In this document: positions 1-8,098 of the stretch, in pieces
Numbering within the stretch: position 1 is the stretch's first letter
How the letters are laid out: each line of letters opens with the position of its first letter
Assembly (NCBI GenBank): GCA_017460805.1
Contig: JAFUAF010000020.1
Location: 259 to 64,258 of the forward strand
Direction of reading: 5' to 3'
From: Bacillota bacterium
GTDB lineage: Bacteria; Bacillota; Clostridia; Lachnospirales; CAG-274
Length of the DNA: 64,000 bases
Made by a program: the position numbers and the translations under genes
Notes under the pieces: generated by a model
Told to the model about the DNA's origin: nothing
Databases searched by the model: none
What the model saw: the letters and a program-made list of their open reading frames with translations, nothing else

Positions 1-257
1 CACCGAGGCGAAGCGCAGCGAAGCCGAGGTGGCTTGGGCGAGAATAGAATGAGCTTGCTCGCGAAAGGGTGGGGAGCGATGCACAAGAGAAACGGCGAAG
101 CCGCGTGAAAACTTGTTTTCACGGTTTGACAAACGGCATAGAAGATTTTTGTAAAGCGAAATACGATCCCTGAAGAAAAATTCTTTGCCCCCGCCCCGAC
201 TCAATGAGCCGAAGCGCAGCAAAGACGAATTGTTAATATTTGGAAAGGAGAGAAAAT

Positions 258-1415
258 ATGGAATACAATACATACAGTACCAGCCGTCATACACAGCGTG
301 AAGTGCAGCCTGCACCCAAAAACCGCGTGGTGGTCGGCGGAGTAAACTGGGTCATACTTATAACTACCATACTTTTATTAAGTTTTGGCATGGTAATGGT
401 GTTCAGTGCAAGTTATGACAAATACGGATACTACTATTTGTCAAGAAATATTATCTGGGCGCTTAGCGGTGGTGTGCTGATGCTTATATTCAGTCAGATA
501 AACTATAACGGCTTTAATAACAGGCAGCTTGCGCTTGCTTTGTATGCCCTTTCTATAGTGCTGCTTATACTGGTGCTTGTTCTCGGACGCTCGGTCGGCG
601 GCGCAAAAAGACGTATTGCGGGTATACAGCCGTCCGAGTTTGTAAAAGTTTTTACTATTATAATACTTGCACATATGCTTGATACCAATAAAAAATTTAC
701 GGAAACACATAAGGGTTTCTGGACTTGTCTTATCGCATTTGTTGGCGTACCTGTCGGACTTATCCTGCTTGGCAATGCAAGTACGGCAATCATTCTTGCG
801 GTGGTATGTCTTGCAATGATGTTTACGGTCGTAAAAAGCTACCGTTGGTTTTTTGAAGTCGGGCTTGTTGGCGTTGTCGGCTTTATAGGTATGATATCTT
901 TCGGTAAGGGTTTCCGTGCGGCGCGTATAAATGCGTGGCTTGACCCGTTTAAAGACACATCGGATACGGGCTATCAGGTCGTACATTCGCTTTATGCCGT
1001 GGCTTCGGGCGGTTTAAGCGGTCTTGGGCTCGGAAACTCGCGTGAAAAATTAAGCTACCTGCCTGAGGCACATAACGATATGATATTCTCCATTATATGC
1101 GAGGAACTTGGTCTGCCCGGCGCGGCTATGCTGGTTATTCTGTTTTGTGTACTGATATTCTGCGGCTATCGTGCGGCTATCAAATGCTACAACACTTTCG
1201 GCTCGCTTGTTGCTGTCGGCATAACCACAATGATAGCTTTCCAGGTCATCATAAATATGGGTGTTGCAACAAACACCATTCCCAATACGGGTATCCCCAT
1301 GCCGTTTATCAGCTACGGCGGCAGCTCGCTTTGGATAAATATGGTAAGTATAGGTATATTGCTAAGTATATCGAGATTTTTCAAGGATAACCGCAAACTA
1401 AAAAAGAAAGAATGA
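258..1415 (+). CDS. FtsW/RodA/SpoVE (SEDS) family cell-division/elongation protein
   Basis: ORF 240..1415. Polytopic membrane profile with SEDS-type C-terminal motif NTGIPMPFISYGGSS. ATG at 258 lies 7 nt after GGAG of GGAAAGGAGAG; the TTG at 240 is inside that RBS and is rejected. Confidence 0.85.
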   Translation: MEYNTYSTSRHTQREVQPAPKNRVVVGGVNWVILITTILLLSFGMVMVFSASYDKYGYYYLSRNIIWALSGGVLMLIFSQINYNGFNNRQLALALYALSIVLLILVLVLGRSVGGAKRRIAGIQPSEFVKVFTIIILAHMLDTNKKFTETHKGFWTCLIAFVGVPVGLILLGNASTAIILAVVCLAMMFTVVKSYRWFFEVGLVGVVGFIGMISFGKGFRAARINAWLDPFKDTSDTGYQVVHSLYAVASGGLSGLGLGNSREKLSYLPEAHNDMIFSIICEELGLPGAAMLVILFCVLIFCGYRAAIKCYNTFGSLVAVGITTMIAFQVIINMGVATNTIPNTGIPMPFISYGGSSLWINMVSIGILLSISRFFKDNRKLKKKE

Positions 1416-1456
1416 AAAAATGACCGCTCGGCAAGAATACGAGCGGTCGTTTTTTA
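1415..1456. terminator. bidirectional rho-independent terminator
   Basis: Stem GACCGCTCG-N9-CGAGCGGTC (1422..1448), with an A-run upstream and TTTTTT downstream. It sits between convergent genes. Confidence 0.7.
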
Positions 1457-1912
1457 TTTAAACAAAAGCGATAAAATATAAACAAACAATAATATACAAG
1501 GAAGAATTATCGGTATAAACGCAAGAGCCGCAAAAACCAAATAAAGTTTGGCATCGTTTTTCATTTCGATAATGTTGGTGTCTTTGCGGTACTTTAATTC
1601 AAGATTTTTATCCCACAAAATGTATTGCGCCGCGGGAGGCGGAAAAAGATAGTCTTCGGGCGAGAATAAACCGAATATTCCGCTTTTTGTCATGTATCGC
1701 GCCCAAAGTTCGGGATAGTGTTCTTTAAGTAAAGGATTGCATTTTTTTCGCCATTCGTGCATAAGAATCCTTGTCAAAATAAAAATAGTGATTATGTAAA
1801 TTATTGCGGTCGGCACTATAACTTCAACCCCAAGGACTGCAAAAACAACAATAAGCAAAATATAAATTATTCCCTCAAATAACAGGTATTTGTGCATAAA
1901 ACGTTCGTACAT
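1454..1912 (-). CDS. hypothetical membrane protein (orphan, AT-rich gene)
   Basis: 152-aa ORF with hydrophobic helices at both ends. RBS GGAG-N6-ATG (revcomp of 1910..1922). No family recognised. Confidence 0.6.
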   Translation of the reverse strand: MYERFMHKYLLFEGIIYILLIVVFAVLGVEVIVPTAIIYIITIFILTRILMHEWRKKCNPLLKEHYPELWARYMTKSGIFGLFSPEDYLFPPPAAQYILWDKNLELKYRKDTNIIEMKNDAKLYLVFAALAFIPIILPCILLFVYILSLLFK

Positions 1913-2062
1913 AATTTTCTCCTTTTAATTTATATCAAATACATTATACATTACTGTTGGTGGATTTGCAATAATAATTTTTGGGCTTTCCAATTTTTTA
2001 TGTTTTTTTGATGGTAAATATAAATTTATCTTTTTTAAAAGTAGGAAAACTCAAAAGGTGCA

Positions 2063-2091
2063 TTGCGTTCTGTGTGAATGTATAGTATAAT
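2063..2091 (+). promoter_or_regulatory. sigma-A-type promoter candidate
   Basis: TTGCGT (2063..2068) - 17 nt - TATAAT (2086..2091), about 50 nt upstream of the AAAGGAGGG RBS and ATG 2141. Confidence 0.45.
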
Positions 2092-2140
2092 TGTATTAAA
2101 GACAGCAGATTTATACAAATCAAAAAGGAGGGTATAAGAA

Positions 2141-4828
2141 ATGCTTAAACTGAAGTACATATTTGCGGTATTTTTGGCGGCTGCGCTGACAAGCACGGCG
2201 GTATTTGGCAAGACAGATCTGCCGTTTTCGACAGACAGGTACAGGGAAGTCGAAACAATGGATATTTCGGGCAACGGCACAGAAAGAGACCCGTATATCG
2301 CAAAAACATACGATCAGATAAAATGGGCTTTTGATATGGGCGGATATGTAAAGCTGGGCTCTGATATATCGGCGGACGGATTTGTCTATGTCAATGCGGA
2401 GGAAGTTCATCTTGACCTTGCGGGCTTTACATACACCGTAGGAGCGGAAAAGAGTGCTGCATTTATAATCAAACAGACAAATGCACTCTATATCACCGAC
2501 AGCGGCGCAAACGGCAAAATATCCGCAAACGGCAGCGGTATTGCCGCAGGTGTCTCGGCAAAACTGTATATACACGGAGGAAGTATAGTGACGGCGGGTA
2601 CGGCGGTGCTTGCGAGCTTTGGCGCAAAAATATATCTTTATGACGGTATTGTTGAAAGCCAAAATACGGCTGTATACCTGAACGGCGCGTGGCTTTTTCA
2701 ATACGGCGGCTATATAAAAACCACTTCGTCAAGTCTTGAAAGTGCGGTCGCCTTTGACAGTTACTATGATTCGGGCAACGGTGTGACGACCAATGCACGA
2801 AACGATATCTATCTCTACGGCGGCAAAATAGACAAGCTTTATCTTCCGTTCAAAGAGGCGAATATTTCCGCGGGTATTTATGATACCGCCGTGTACGGCT
2901 GTTTCGGTTATCAGGTCAAAACGGATGCGGAAGAAATGTTCCAAGGAGGATATGCCGAGGTATGCTCGCGAAATCTTGTAAATGCGATAAATGCGGCAAC
3001 AGCGGGCTCGTACAAGGAAGTTACCGTGAATGATACGGTAACTGTACATCAGAAAAAAACGGTCATTCCCTATATAGAGATACCTAACGATATTACGCCT
3101 GCTGCCGACGGCGCTCTTGTTTATCCCAAGGCAAATTCGGGTGCGGCGTACAGCTTTGACAGCGATTGGTACAATGCCAACGGTCAAAAGCTCTCCTCGA
3201 CCTACAGTACAGAGAGCGAACATCTGGGCGCATATTCTTTTACGGTAAAGGGCAAGGCAAAGGTCAAAAGCAGCAGCTATATGTTTATCGGAAAAGAAAT
3301 TTATCTGCCCAATGTGGACAGCAGGCTTTATGAATGCGGCGTAACGCTGCCCGACGATAGCACGGCAGAATATCAGATAAAATTCGGAATGGTGCCGTTT
3401 GTGACATTGCAGCCGAAAGACAAGGCAAATATAACTATCGGCGATATTCTTACCTTTAGCACAAATGCGTCGGATGCAAAAACGTATAAATGGTATCTTC
3501 TTGACCCCGAAGGCAAAAAGGTGAGCTGGGAAGATGCGGAGGAATACGGCATTATCTCGGTGCAGGATTCTTCGCAGAATACCAAAATGCTGAAAATAAA
3601 AATCTTAGGCGTTGAAGCAAATGCGTTCGGCGTATACTGCGAGATATACGGCAATTACAATACCGTAAACACAAACACCGCGTATATTTCTACAAAAAAA
3701 CCCGTTATAACTATGCAGCCTACGGGCATTGGCGGCATATTCAACATAGGTGCGAAAAATGCGCAGAGCTATGAATGGGTACTTCTCGATGAAAACGGCG
3801 ATGAATACACATGGGAGCAGGCAAAGGCAAACGGTTGGGGTTATCCCGTTGAGGGCAGCGAAAATACTTCGTCTGTTTTGCTTTTGTCGATAGGTCACGG
3901 GCTTGAAGGCAAAAAAGTGCGCTGTAAGGTATCGGGCTATGGTTATACCCTTGTTTCCGATACGGCGGCGATCGGCAAATTTATCGAGATAGGCGCTCAC
4001 CTTAATATTGACGGCTTGCAGCTTCCGTTCCCGGGAGTCGAATTTATCACGTCGGGCAAATGTCGGGAAAACAACGCCTATGAGCTTGAAAGTCTGAAAC
4101 TTGTTTACGGTAAAGACCTTACGGAGGTCAATGACGGCTATATAGATTTTGACGGTGAACACCAGTATTTTTATCATGCGGTGTTTAAGCCGAAAAGAGG
4201 CTATTGTTTCACCGAAGACAGCATTGCGGGAAAATACAACATAAACGGTTACATTGCGACTGTCAATGACGGGGAAACCGAAAGACCAAAATACACGGGT
4301 ACGATAAACCGACAGCTGATAGACGGAAAAGTGAGTGTATTGCTTGTGCCTGCGCTGGACAGCGCCCTTTACCGCAATACAAAGGCTATGTATGTTACGG
4401 CGACACAAAATTCCGTGATCGTAAAAAACTACTACGAAAAAAGTGTTGCGGGCAGGCAGGCTCTTGCCGAGCTTGGCGCACCGACTTACAAATACAGTCT
4501 TGACGGCATAAATTGGTACGGGTTTGCCGAAATAAACGGCGGAGGCGGACCTTTCGGCAACCTTACGCCAAATACGGAGTATACTCTCTATTTTAAAAAT
4601 GCCGATACCGACTATATTTTCAAGACAATGGCCGTAAAAACACTTCCCCTTTTGGGCGATGTGGACCAAAACGGAAAGGTCGAAAAGGCGGATGCCGCGC
4701 TTTTGCTTGAATACATAGCAGGTGAAAAAACGGATAAACTGACCGACAGCCAAAAAAACGCTGCCAATGTTTATGCGGACAACAATATAGATATTCTTGA
4801 TGCCGTAGCTATAATGCAAATGATGTAA
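2141..4828 (+). CDS. secreted dockerin-containing protein (beta-helix-like N-terminal region, two Ig-like repeats, C-terminal dockerin)
   Basis: 895-aa ORF with signal peptide MLKLKYIFAVFLAAALTSTAVFG. The first ~250 aa carry Gly/Ala/Thr/Tyr-rich repeats (..GGSIVTAGTAVLASFGAKIYLYDG..YLNGAWLFQYGG..). Two tandem ~95-aa modules follow (3401..3703 and 3704..3975). The C-terminus has dockerin loops GDVDQNGKVEKADAALLLEYI and YADNNIDILDAVAIMQ (about 4655..4825). Confidence 0.8.
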   Translation: MLKLKYIFAVFLAAALTSTAVFGKTDLPFSTDRYREVETMDISGNGTERDPYIAKTYDQIKWAFDMGGYVKLGSDISADGFVYVNAEEVHLDLAGFTYTVGAEKSAAFIIKQTNALYITDSGANGKISANGSGIAAGVSAKLYIHGGSIVTAGTAVLASFGAKIYLYDGIVESQNTAVYLNGAWLFQYGGYIKTTSSSLESAVAFDSYYDSGNGVTTNARNDIYLYGGKIDKLYLPFKEANISAGIYDTAVYGCFGYQVKTDAEEMFQGGYAEVCSRNLVNAINAATAGSYKEVTVNDTVTVHQKKTVIPYIEIPNDITPAADGALVYPKANSGAAYSFDSDWYNANGQKLSSTYSTESEHLGAYSFTVKGKAKVKSSSYMFIGKEIYLPNVDSRLYECGVTLPDDSTAEYQIKFGMVPFVTLQPKDKANITIGDILTFSTNASDAKTYKWYLLDPEGKKVSWEDAEEYGIISVQDSSQNTKMLKIKILGVEANAFGVYCEIYGNYNTVNTNTAYISTKKPVITMQPTGIGGIFNIGAKNAQSYEWVLLDENGDEYTWEQAKANGWGYPVEGSENTSSVLLLSIGHGLEGKKVRCKVSGYGYTLVSDTAAIGKFIEIGAHLNIDGLQLPFPGVEFITSGKCRENNAYELESLKLVYGKDLTEVNDGYIDFDGEHQYFYHAVFKPKRGYCFTEDSIAGKYNINGYIATVNDGETERPKYTGTINRQLIDGKVSVLLVPALDSALYRNTKAMYVTATQNSVIVKNYYEKSVAGRQALAELGAPTYKYSLDGINWYGFAEINGGGGPFGNLTPNTEYTLYFKNADTDYIFKTMAVKTLPLLGDVDQNGKVEKADAALLLEYIAGEKTDKLTDSQKNAANVYADNNIDILDAVAIMQMM

Positions 4829-4836
4829 GACGAATG

Positions 4837-4876
4837 ACGGCGGCAGGTGTATACAGCGCAAGCAATATGCCGCCGT
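4837..4876 (+). terminator. possible terminator hairpin (no clear T-run)
   Basis: ACGGCGGCA (4837..4845) pairs with TGCCGCCGT (4868..4876) across a 22-nt loop. The following sequence is only moderately T-rich. Confidence 0.3.
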
Positions 4877-4927
4877 AAACAATATTTTACTATCGGTAAA
4901 GCAGTGAAAAAATATTTGAAAAAATAC

Positions 4928-4956
4928 TTGCATTATGCTTTTCACTATGGTATAAT
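4928..4956 (+). promoter_or_regulatory. strong sigma-A promoter with extended -10, upstream of rplS
   Basis: TTGCAT (4928..4933) - 17 nt - TATAAT (4951..4956), preceded by TGG, so TGnTATAAT. The predicted TSS is near 4963, about 240 nt before the rplS ATG. Confidence 0.6.
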
Positions 4957-4991
4957 ACTGATTTGTGAGTACGAATGTTCCGCTGTTGGGT

Positions 4992-5121
4992 ATGACATCA
5001 TATAATTCAAAAATAAAAATTATTATGTGCCCGCAGGGTCAAATTTTTAGCGTGTAAGCCGCAGGAGTAGCGTTAAGAAAATTTGAATAATAAATTTTTA
5101 TTTTCCTCAGAATGATGTCAT
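4992..5121 (+). promoter_or_regulatory. long imperfect hairpin inside the rplS 5' leader (candidate structured leader RNA)
   Basis: ATGACATCAT (4992..5001) is the exact reverse complement of ATGATGTCAT (5112..5121). Inner segments also pair: AAAATAAAAATTATTAT with ATAATAAATTTTTATTTT, and TCAAATTTTTAGCG with CGTTAAGAAAATTTGA. Two small hairpins follow: ACGATG-ttta-CATCGT at 5125..5140 and GCAG-N7-CTGC at 5144..5158. Confidence 0.4.
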
Positions 5122-5202
5122 CAGACGATGTTTACATCGTTTAGCAGTAAGGTGCTGCGAGGCCAATTATGAACATTTATGATGAAAGGGAGGCAAAGCC
5201 TT

Positions 5203-5565
5203 ATGAATTACAACATTATCAGAGAAATCGAAAACGAGCAGTTAAAGGAAAATGTTACCGAGTTTAACGTGGGCGATACAGTACGCGTTTATGCAAAGGT
5301 AGTAGAGGGCACAAGAGAACGTATCCAGATGTTCGAGGGCGTTGTGCTTAAAAGACAGGGCGGCGGCGCTAAGGAAACATTCACTGTAAGACGTGTTTCT
5401 TACGGTGTAGGCGTTGAAAAGACATGGCCTGTACATTCTCCTCGTGTTGATCGTATCGAGGTCGTAAGATACGGTATCGTAAGACGTGCTAAGCTTAACT
5501 ACTTAAGAGACAGAGTAGGTAAGGCTGCAAAGGTCAAGGAAGATATCAACAGAAGAAGCAAATAA
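5203..5565 (+). CDS. rplS: 50S ribosomal protein L19
   Basis: The translation [59 protein letters not shown] is typical L19. RBS GGGAGG lies upstream of ATG 5203; the ORF-track start 5179 is rejected. Confidence 0.95.
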   Translation: MNYNIIREIENEQLKENVTEFNVGDTVRVYAKVVEGTRERIQMFEGVVLKRQGGGAKETFTVRRVSYGVGVEKTWPVHSPRVDRIEVVRYGIVRRAKLNYLRDRVGKAAKVKEDINRRSK

Positions 5566-5571
5566 TTTGCA

Positions 5572-5606
5572 AAAGGGCTGTCGCATTAAGCGGCAGCCCT
5601 TTTAAT
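5572..5606. terminator. bidirectional rho-independent terminator
   Basis: AAAGGGCTGTCGC-attaa-GCGGCAGCCCTTT with flanking A/T runs. It lies between convergent rplS and the DUF2085 gene. Confidence 0.7.
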
Positions 5607-5631
5607 GACCCAAAAAACAATTCAATATCAC

Positions 5632-6012
5632 TTAAAACAGTTGTGTCAGAAATTTATAAATATATAATATAATGTAAAATTGTATTGTAGTAACGCCAAA
5701 CCCACCTATAATACCCGTTATAAGCCGTCTGATATTTGTTGACGGAAGCAAGCCCACAAATTGGATAGTCCAATCAACAAGCATTACGGCAGCCATTATA
5801 AATGCGACGCTTACCGAAATACGATGTATAAAAAACAGTATTACGGCTATCGGAGTAGATATTGCCACGCCCAAACACCTTGCACATACGGGCATTTGCC
5901 AGCCGTTTATAAAAAAACTTCTGTCCGCCCGCTGATGACAGCCGTAAAGCTTGCCAAGCCGCATCCATTTTAGCCATGTCTTGGTTTCTTTATCCACGGA
6001 ATTTATGTCCAC
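5632..6012 (-). CDS. DUF2085-type membrane protein
   Basis: 126-aa ORF with the motif CHQRADRSFF..PVCARCLG followed by 3-4 TM helices (family assignment from memory). The start is uncertain: GTG at 6012 overlaps the upstream gene by 23 nt, and ATG 5964 is the alternative. Confidence 0.6.
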   Translation of the reverse strand: MDINSVDKETKTWLKWMRLGKLYGCHQRADRSFFINGWQMPVCARCLGVAISTPIAVILFFIHRISVSVAFIMAAVMLVDWTIQFVGLLPSTNIRRLITGIIGGFGVTTIQFYIILYIYKFLTQLF

Positions 6013-7756
6013 AGTTCTGACACATCCAATATGTATCGCTTGTAGTTTTTACACCTTTGTCTATGCCGCACAAAAGACCCAGCGGTCCCAGCGGACCATA
6101 ACAGCAAAGCCCCCTGCACAAATCGTAATTCTTGCCTGATGATGATGTCTCGGTCACGGGATGTAAAGCCGTACTGCCACACGCGGGGCATTTTATGCGC
6201 GGCTCTGTGTTGTTGTTTGTGCCCATGCCTGCGTTTGACGGAACAACTGCGGGTGTTGTTAAATTGCGGGTCGCGGCTTTTTGTCGGTCTTCAAATGTAC
6301 CAAAGCTAGCGTGGTTAAATTTTAAATCGGGTATTTTAAATATACATTCCTCGGTTTGAGCAAATTCCACATTTCGTTCTCTTTTGCCGGTAACAAGATA
6401 AGAATCATCCTTGCCGTTATACATATATTTCAAACTTAACCAACTTTCTTTATCGGTACCGTTTGAATAAGAAAAATTCACAATATCGTTAAAACTTATT
6501 ACTCTGTATTTTTTTGCACTTAGTTTGTCCCTTAAATGTATTTTTTGGGTTTTGTAATTAAAGGTTATATTATCTTTCGGAGTATAAGTTTCCGCAAGGG
6601 CGGCAAACAGTTCATCCGAGGTATGTGAAGCATAAAAACTTTTTCTGTCATTTATAAATGCGTCCGAAACCGTAATAAGTTCTTTGTCACATCGGCTGCA
6701 TAGTGCAAACCCGTCGGAAGTTCGTTCGGGAACATATTTTTCGGAGGCTATATTTTCTCCGCAGCAAAAGCACTTGGTTTCTTTAAATTGAGGTAGCTTT
6801 CTTATCATGCCCGGGATAGTAGGATCATAGTAAGGATGCGTACCGTCCATTATAAATCTAAAATTCCCGTTATCGTTGGTAAAGGTCACCGTCAGATTTC
6901 TGTTGATATTTCTATTTGCATCTAAAGATTTTTTTATTTTGTAATCTGTTATCATTTCAACGGGAAAATCAATTACCTGTTTTTCCTGATACCGCATAGC
7001 GCCTTTACCTGTATCTTTATTTATGCAAAAACAAAATTCGCCGCTGTTGTCGCTCCTTTCTATATTTTTAAACTCTTCCTTATAAAAGTCCAAATCGTGG
7101 GAAGTGATAAATTTTTCGGGATCATTTTTAAAATCATTAGCATATTCGTCTTTTAGCGTGTTAAGACAAACTCGACACTGCGAACACAGCCTTGCCCCAT
7201 CGGATGTTTTTGCTTTTGTATCCGAAATAGGTCTTCCGCATACACCGCAATGGTAAAAATCTCCCGTACTGTCCGTAAACTGCGGTATATTTTTCAGTAA
7301 ATTGCGGGTCTTGGAATAAGCGAGTATCCCACTTTGATTACCGTCATTAAATGTTAATGTAAGAGAACCTGCCATAAAACTCAATCTTTTTATAGGTTTG
7401 CCGTTTTCTCTTTTTATAGTGTCTTCATTTAATCGGCTGAACTCGGGAAAGGTTACATAATGTATTTTTTTTGCCCCGAAATCATGAATCATAACCTTTC
7501 CTGTTTTTAAATTAAACAGCATGGGTACAATTTCCGAATCATTTTCTACGCAATGAGAAAGTTCTTCAATAAAAAAATCCGAAGGATGTTCGTTAATAAA
7601 ACCTTCTTTCTTCTCTTTAAGCTCCAATAAATACTTATCTTCAAGTGTGTGGGTAAAAAGCATACACTTTTTGCACAAATACTTGGAGTCGGAAGTATAA
7701 GTTCCATTGGAACTCTGCGCCCCGCATACACAACAAGTAAATCCTTCATTTGCCAT
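5990..7756 (-). CDS. hypothetical multi-zinc-ribbon protein (three tandem modules plus C-terminal LITAF-like split zinc ribbon)
   Basis: 588-aa ORF in a clean frame, with RBS GGAGTG 7 nt before ATG 7756. CxxC...CxxC pairs occur at aa 8-31, 170-194, 329-356 and 523-582. The gene is visibly AT-richer than its neighbours. Confidence 0.75.
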   Translation of the reverse strand: MANEGFTCCVCGAQSSNGTYTSDSKYLCKKCMLFTHTLEDKYLLELKEKKEGFINEHPSDFFIEELSHCVENDSEIVPMLFNLKTGKVMIHDFGAKKIHYVTFPEFSRLNEDTIKRENGKPIKRLSFMAGSLTLTFNDGNQSGILAYSKTRNLLKNIPQFTDSTGDFYHCGVCGRPISDTKAKTSDGARLCSQCRVCLNTLKDEYANDFKNDPEKFITSHDLDFYKEEFKNIERSDNSGEFCFCINKDTGKGAMRYQEKQVIDFPVEMITDYKIKKSLDANRNINRNLTVTFTNDNGNFRFIMDGTHPYYDPTIPGMIRKLPQFKETKCFCCGENIASEKYVPERTSDGFALCSRCDKELITVSDAFINDRKSFYASHTSDELFAALAETYTPKDNITFNYKTQKIHLRDKLSAKKYRVISFNDIVNFSYSNGTDKESWLSLKYMYNGKDDSYLVTGKRERNVEFAQTEECIFKIPDLKFNHASFGTFEDRQKAATRNLTTPAVVPSNAGMGTNNNTEPRIKCPACGSTALHPVTETSSSGKNYDLCRGLCCYGPLGPLGLLCGIDKGVKTTSDTYWMCQNCGHKFRG

Positions 7757-7796
7757 AAAATCACTCCATTTCCGTAAAAATACCTTTTTCTTTAAT

Positions 7797-7818
7797 TATA
7801 GTCATTATTATGACCATA
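7797..7818. promoter_or_regulatory. palindromic operator candidate in the divergent spacer
   Basis: TATAGTCAT-tatt-ATGACCATA: 9-nt arms with one mismatch, centred between the divergent 588-aa gene and the XRE gene. Confidence 0.35.
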
Positions 7819-7876
7819 GTCAAGCACAAATTTATCATTTATCCTAATGGTAACAACACGCAGTAGGGGTGATAAA

Positions 7877-8098
7877 GTGATAAGTTACAGACCGTTTTGG
7901 AAAACGTTGAAAAAATCTACCGAAAGTACATATACATTGATATACAAACATGGTATCTCAAGTGCGACTGTTGATAAATTGCGCAAAAACAAACCTATAA
8001 CAACGACAACCCTTAATGATTTGTGTACCCTGCTTGAATGTCGTGTTGAGGAGATTGCCGAATATATACCGGATGAAACAGACCGAAAATACAAATAA
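7877..8098 (+). CDS. XRE/Cro-type helix-turn-helix transcriptional regulator (small)
   Basis: Translation (V)ISYRPFWKTLKKSTESTYTLIYKHGISSATVDKLRKNKPITTTTLNDLCTLLECRVEEIAEYI has an HTH_26-like layout. GTG 7877 follows AGGGGTG by 5 nt, whereas the ORF-track ATG 7847 has no RBS. Confidence 0.7.
   Translation: MISYRPFWKTLKKSTESTYTLIYKHGISSATVDKLRKNKPITTTTLNDLCTLLECRVEEIAEYIPDETDRKYK

Noticed and set aside
1-240. GC-rich hairpin-bearing sequence with a direct repeat CGAAGCGCAGC at 9..19 and 210..220, and hairpins such as CGTGAAAAC-ttg-TTTTCACG.
   Set aside because: It resembles the other intergenic repeat families in style. However, it is truncated by the window edge and shares no long exact match with them, so the evidence is too thin to call an element.
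3605-4945. 446-aa ORF on the minus strand.
   Set aside because: It lies entirely antisense to the well-supported dockerin protein gene (signal peptide, dockerin). Its translation is low-complexity and Arg/Phe/Ile-rich with no motifs or RBS, so it is a shadow ORF.
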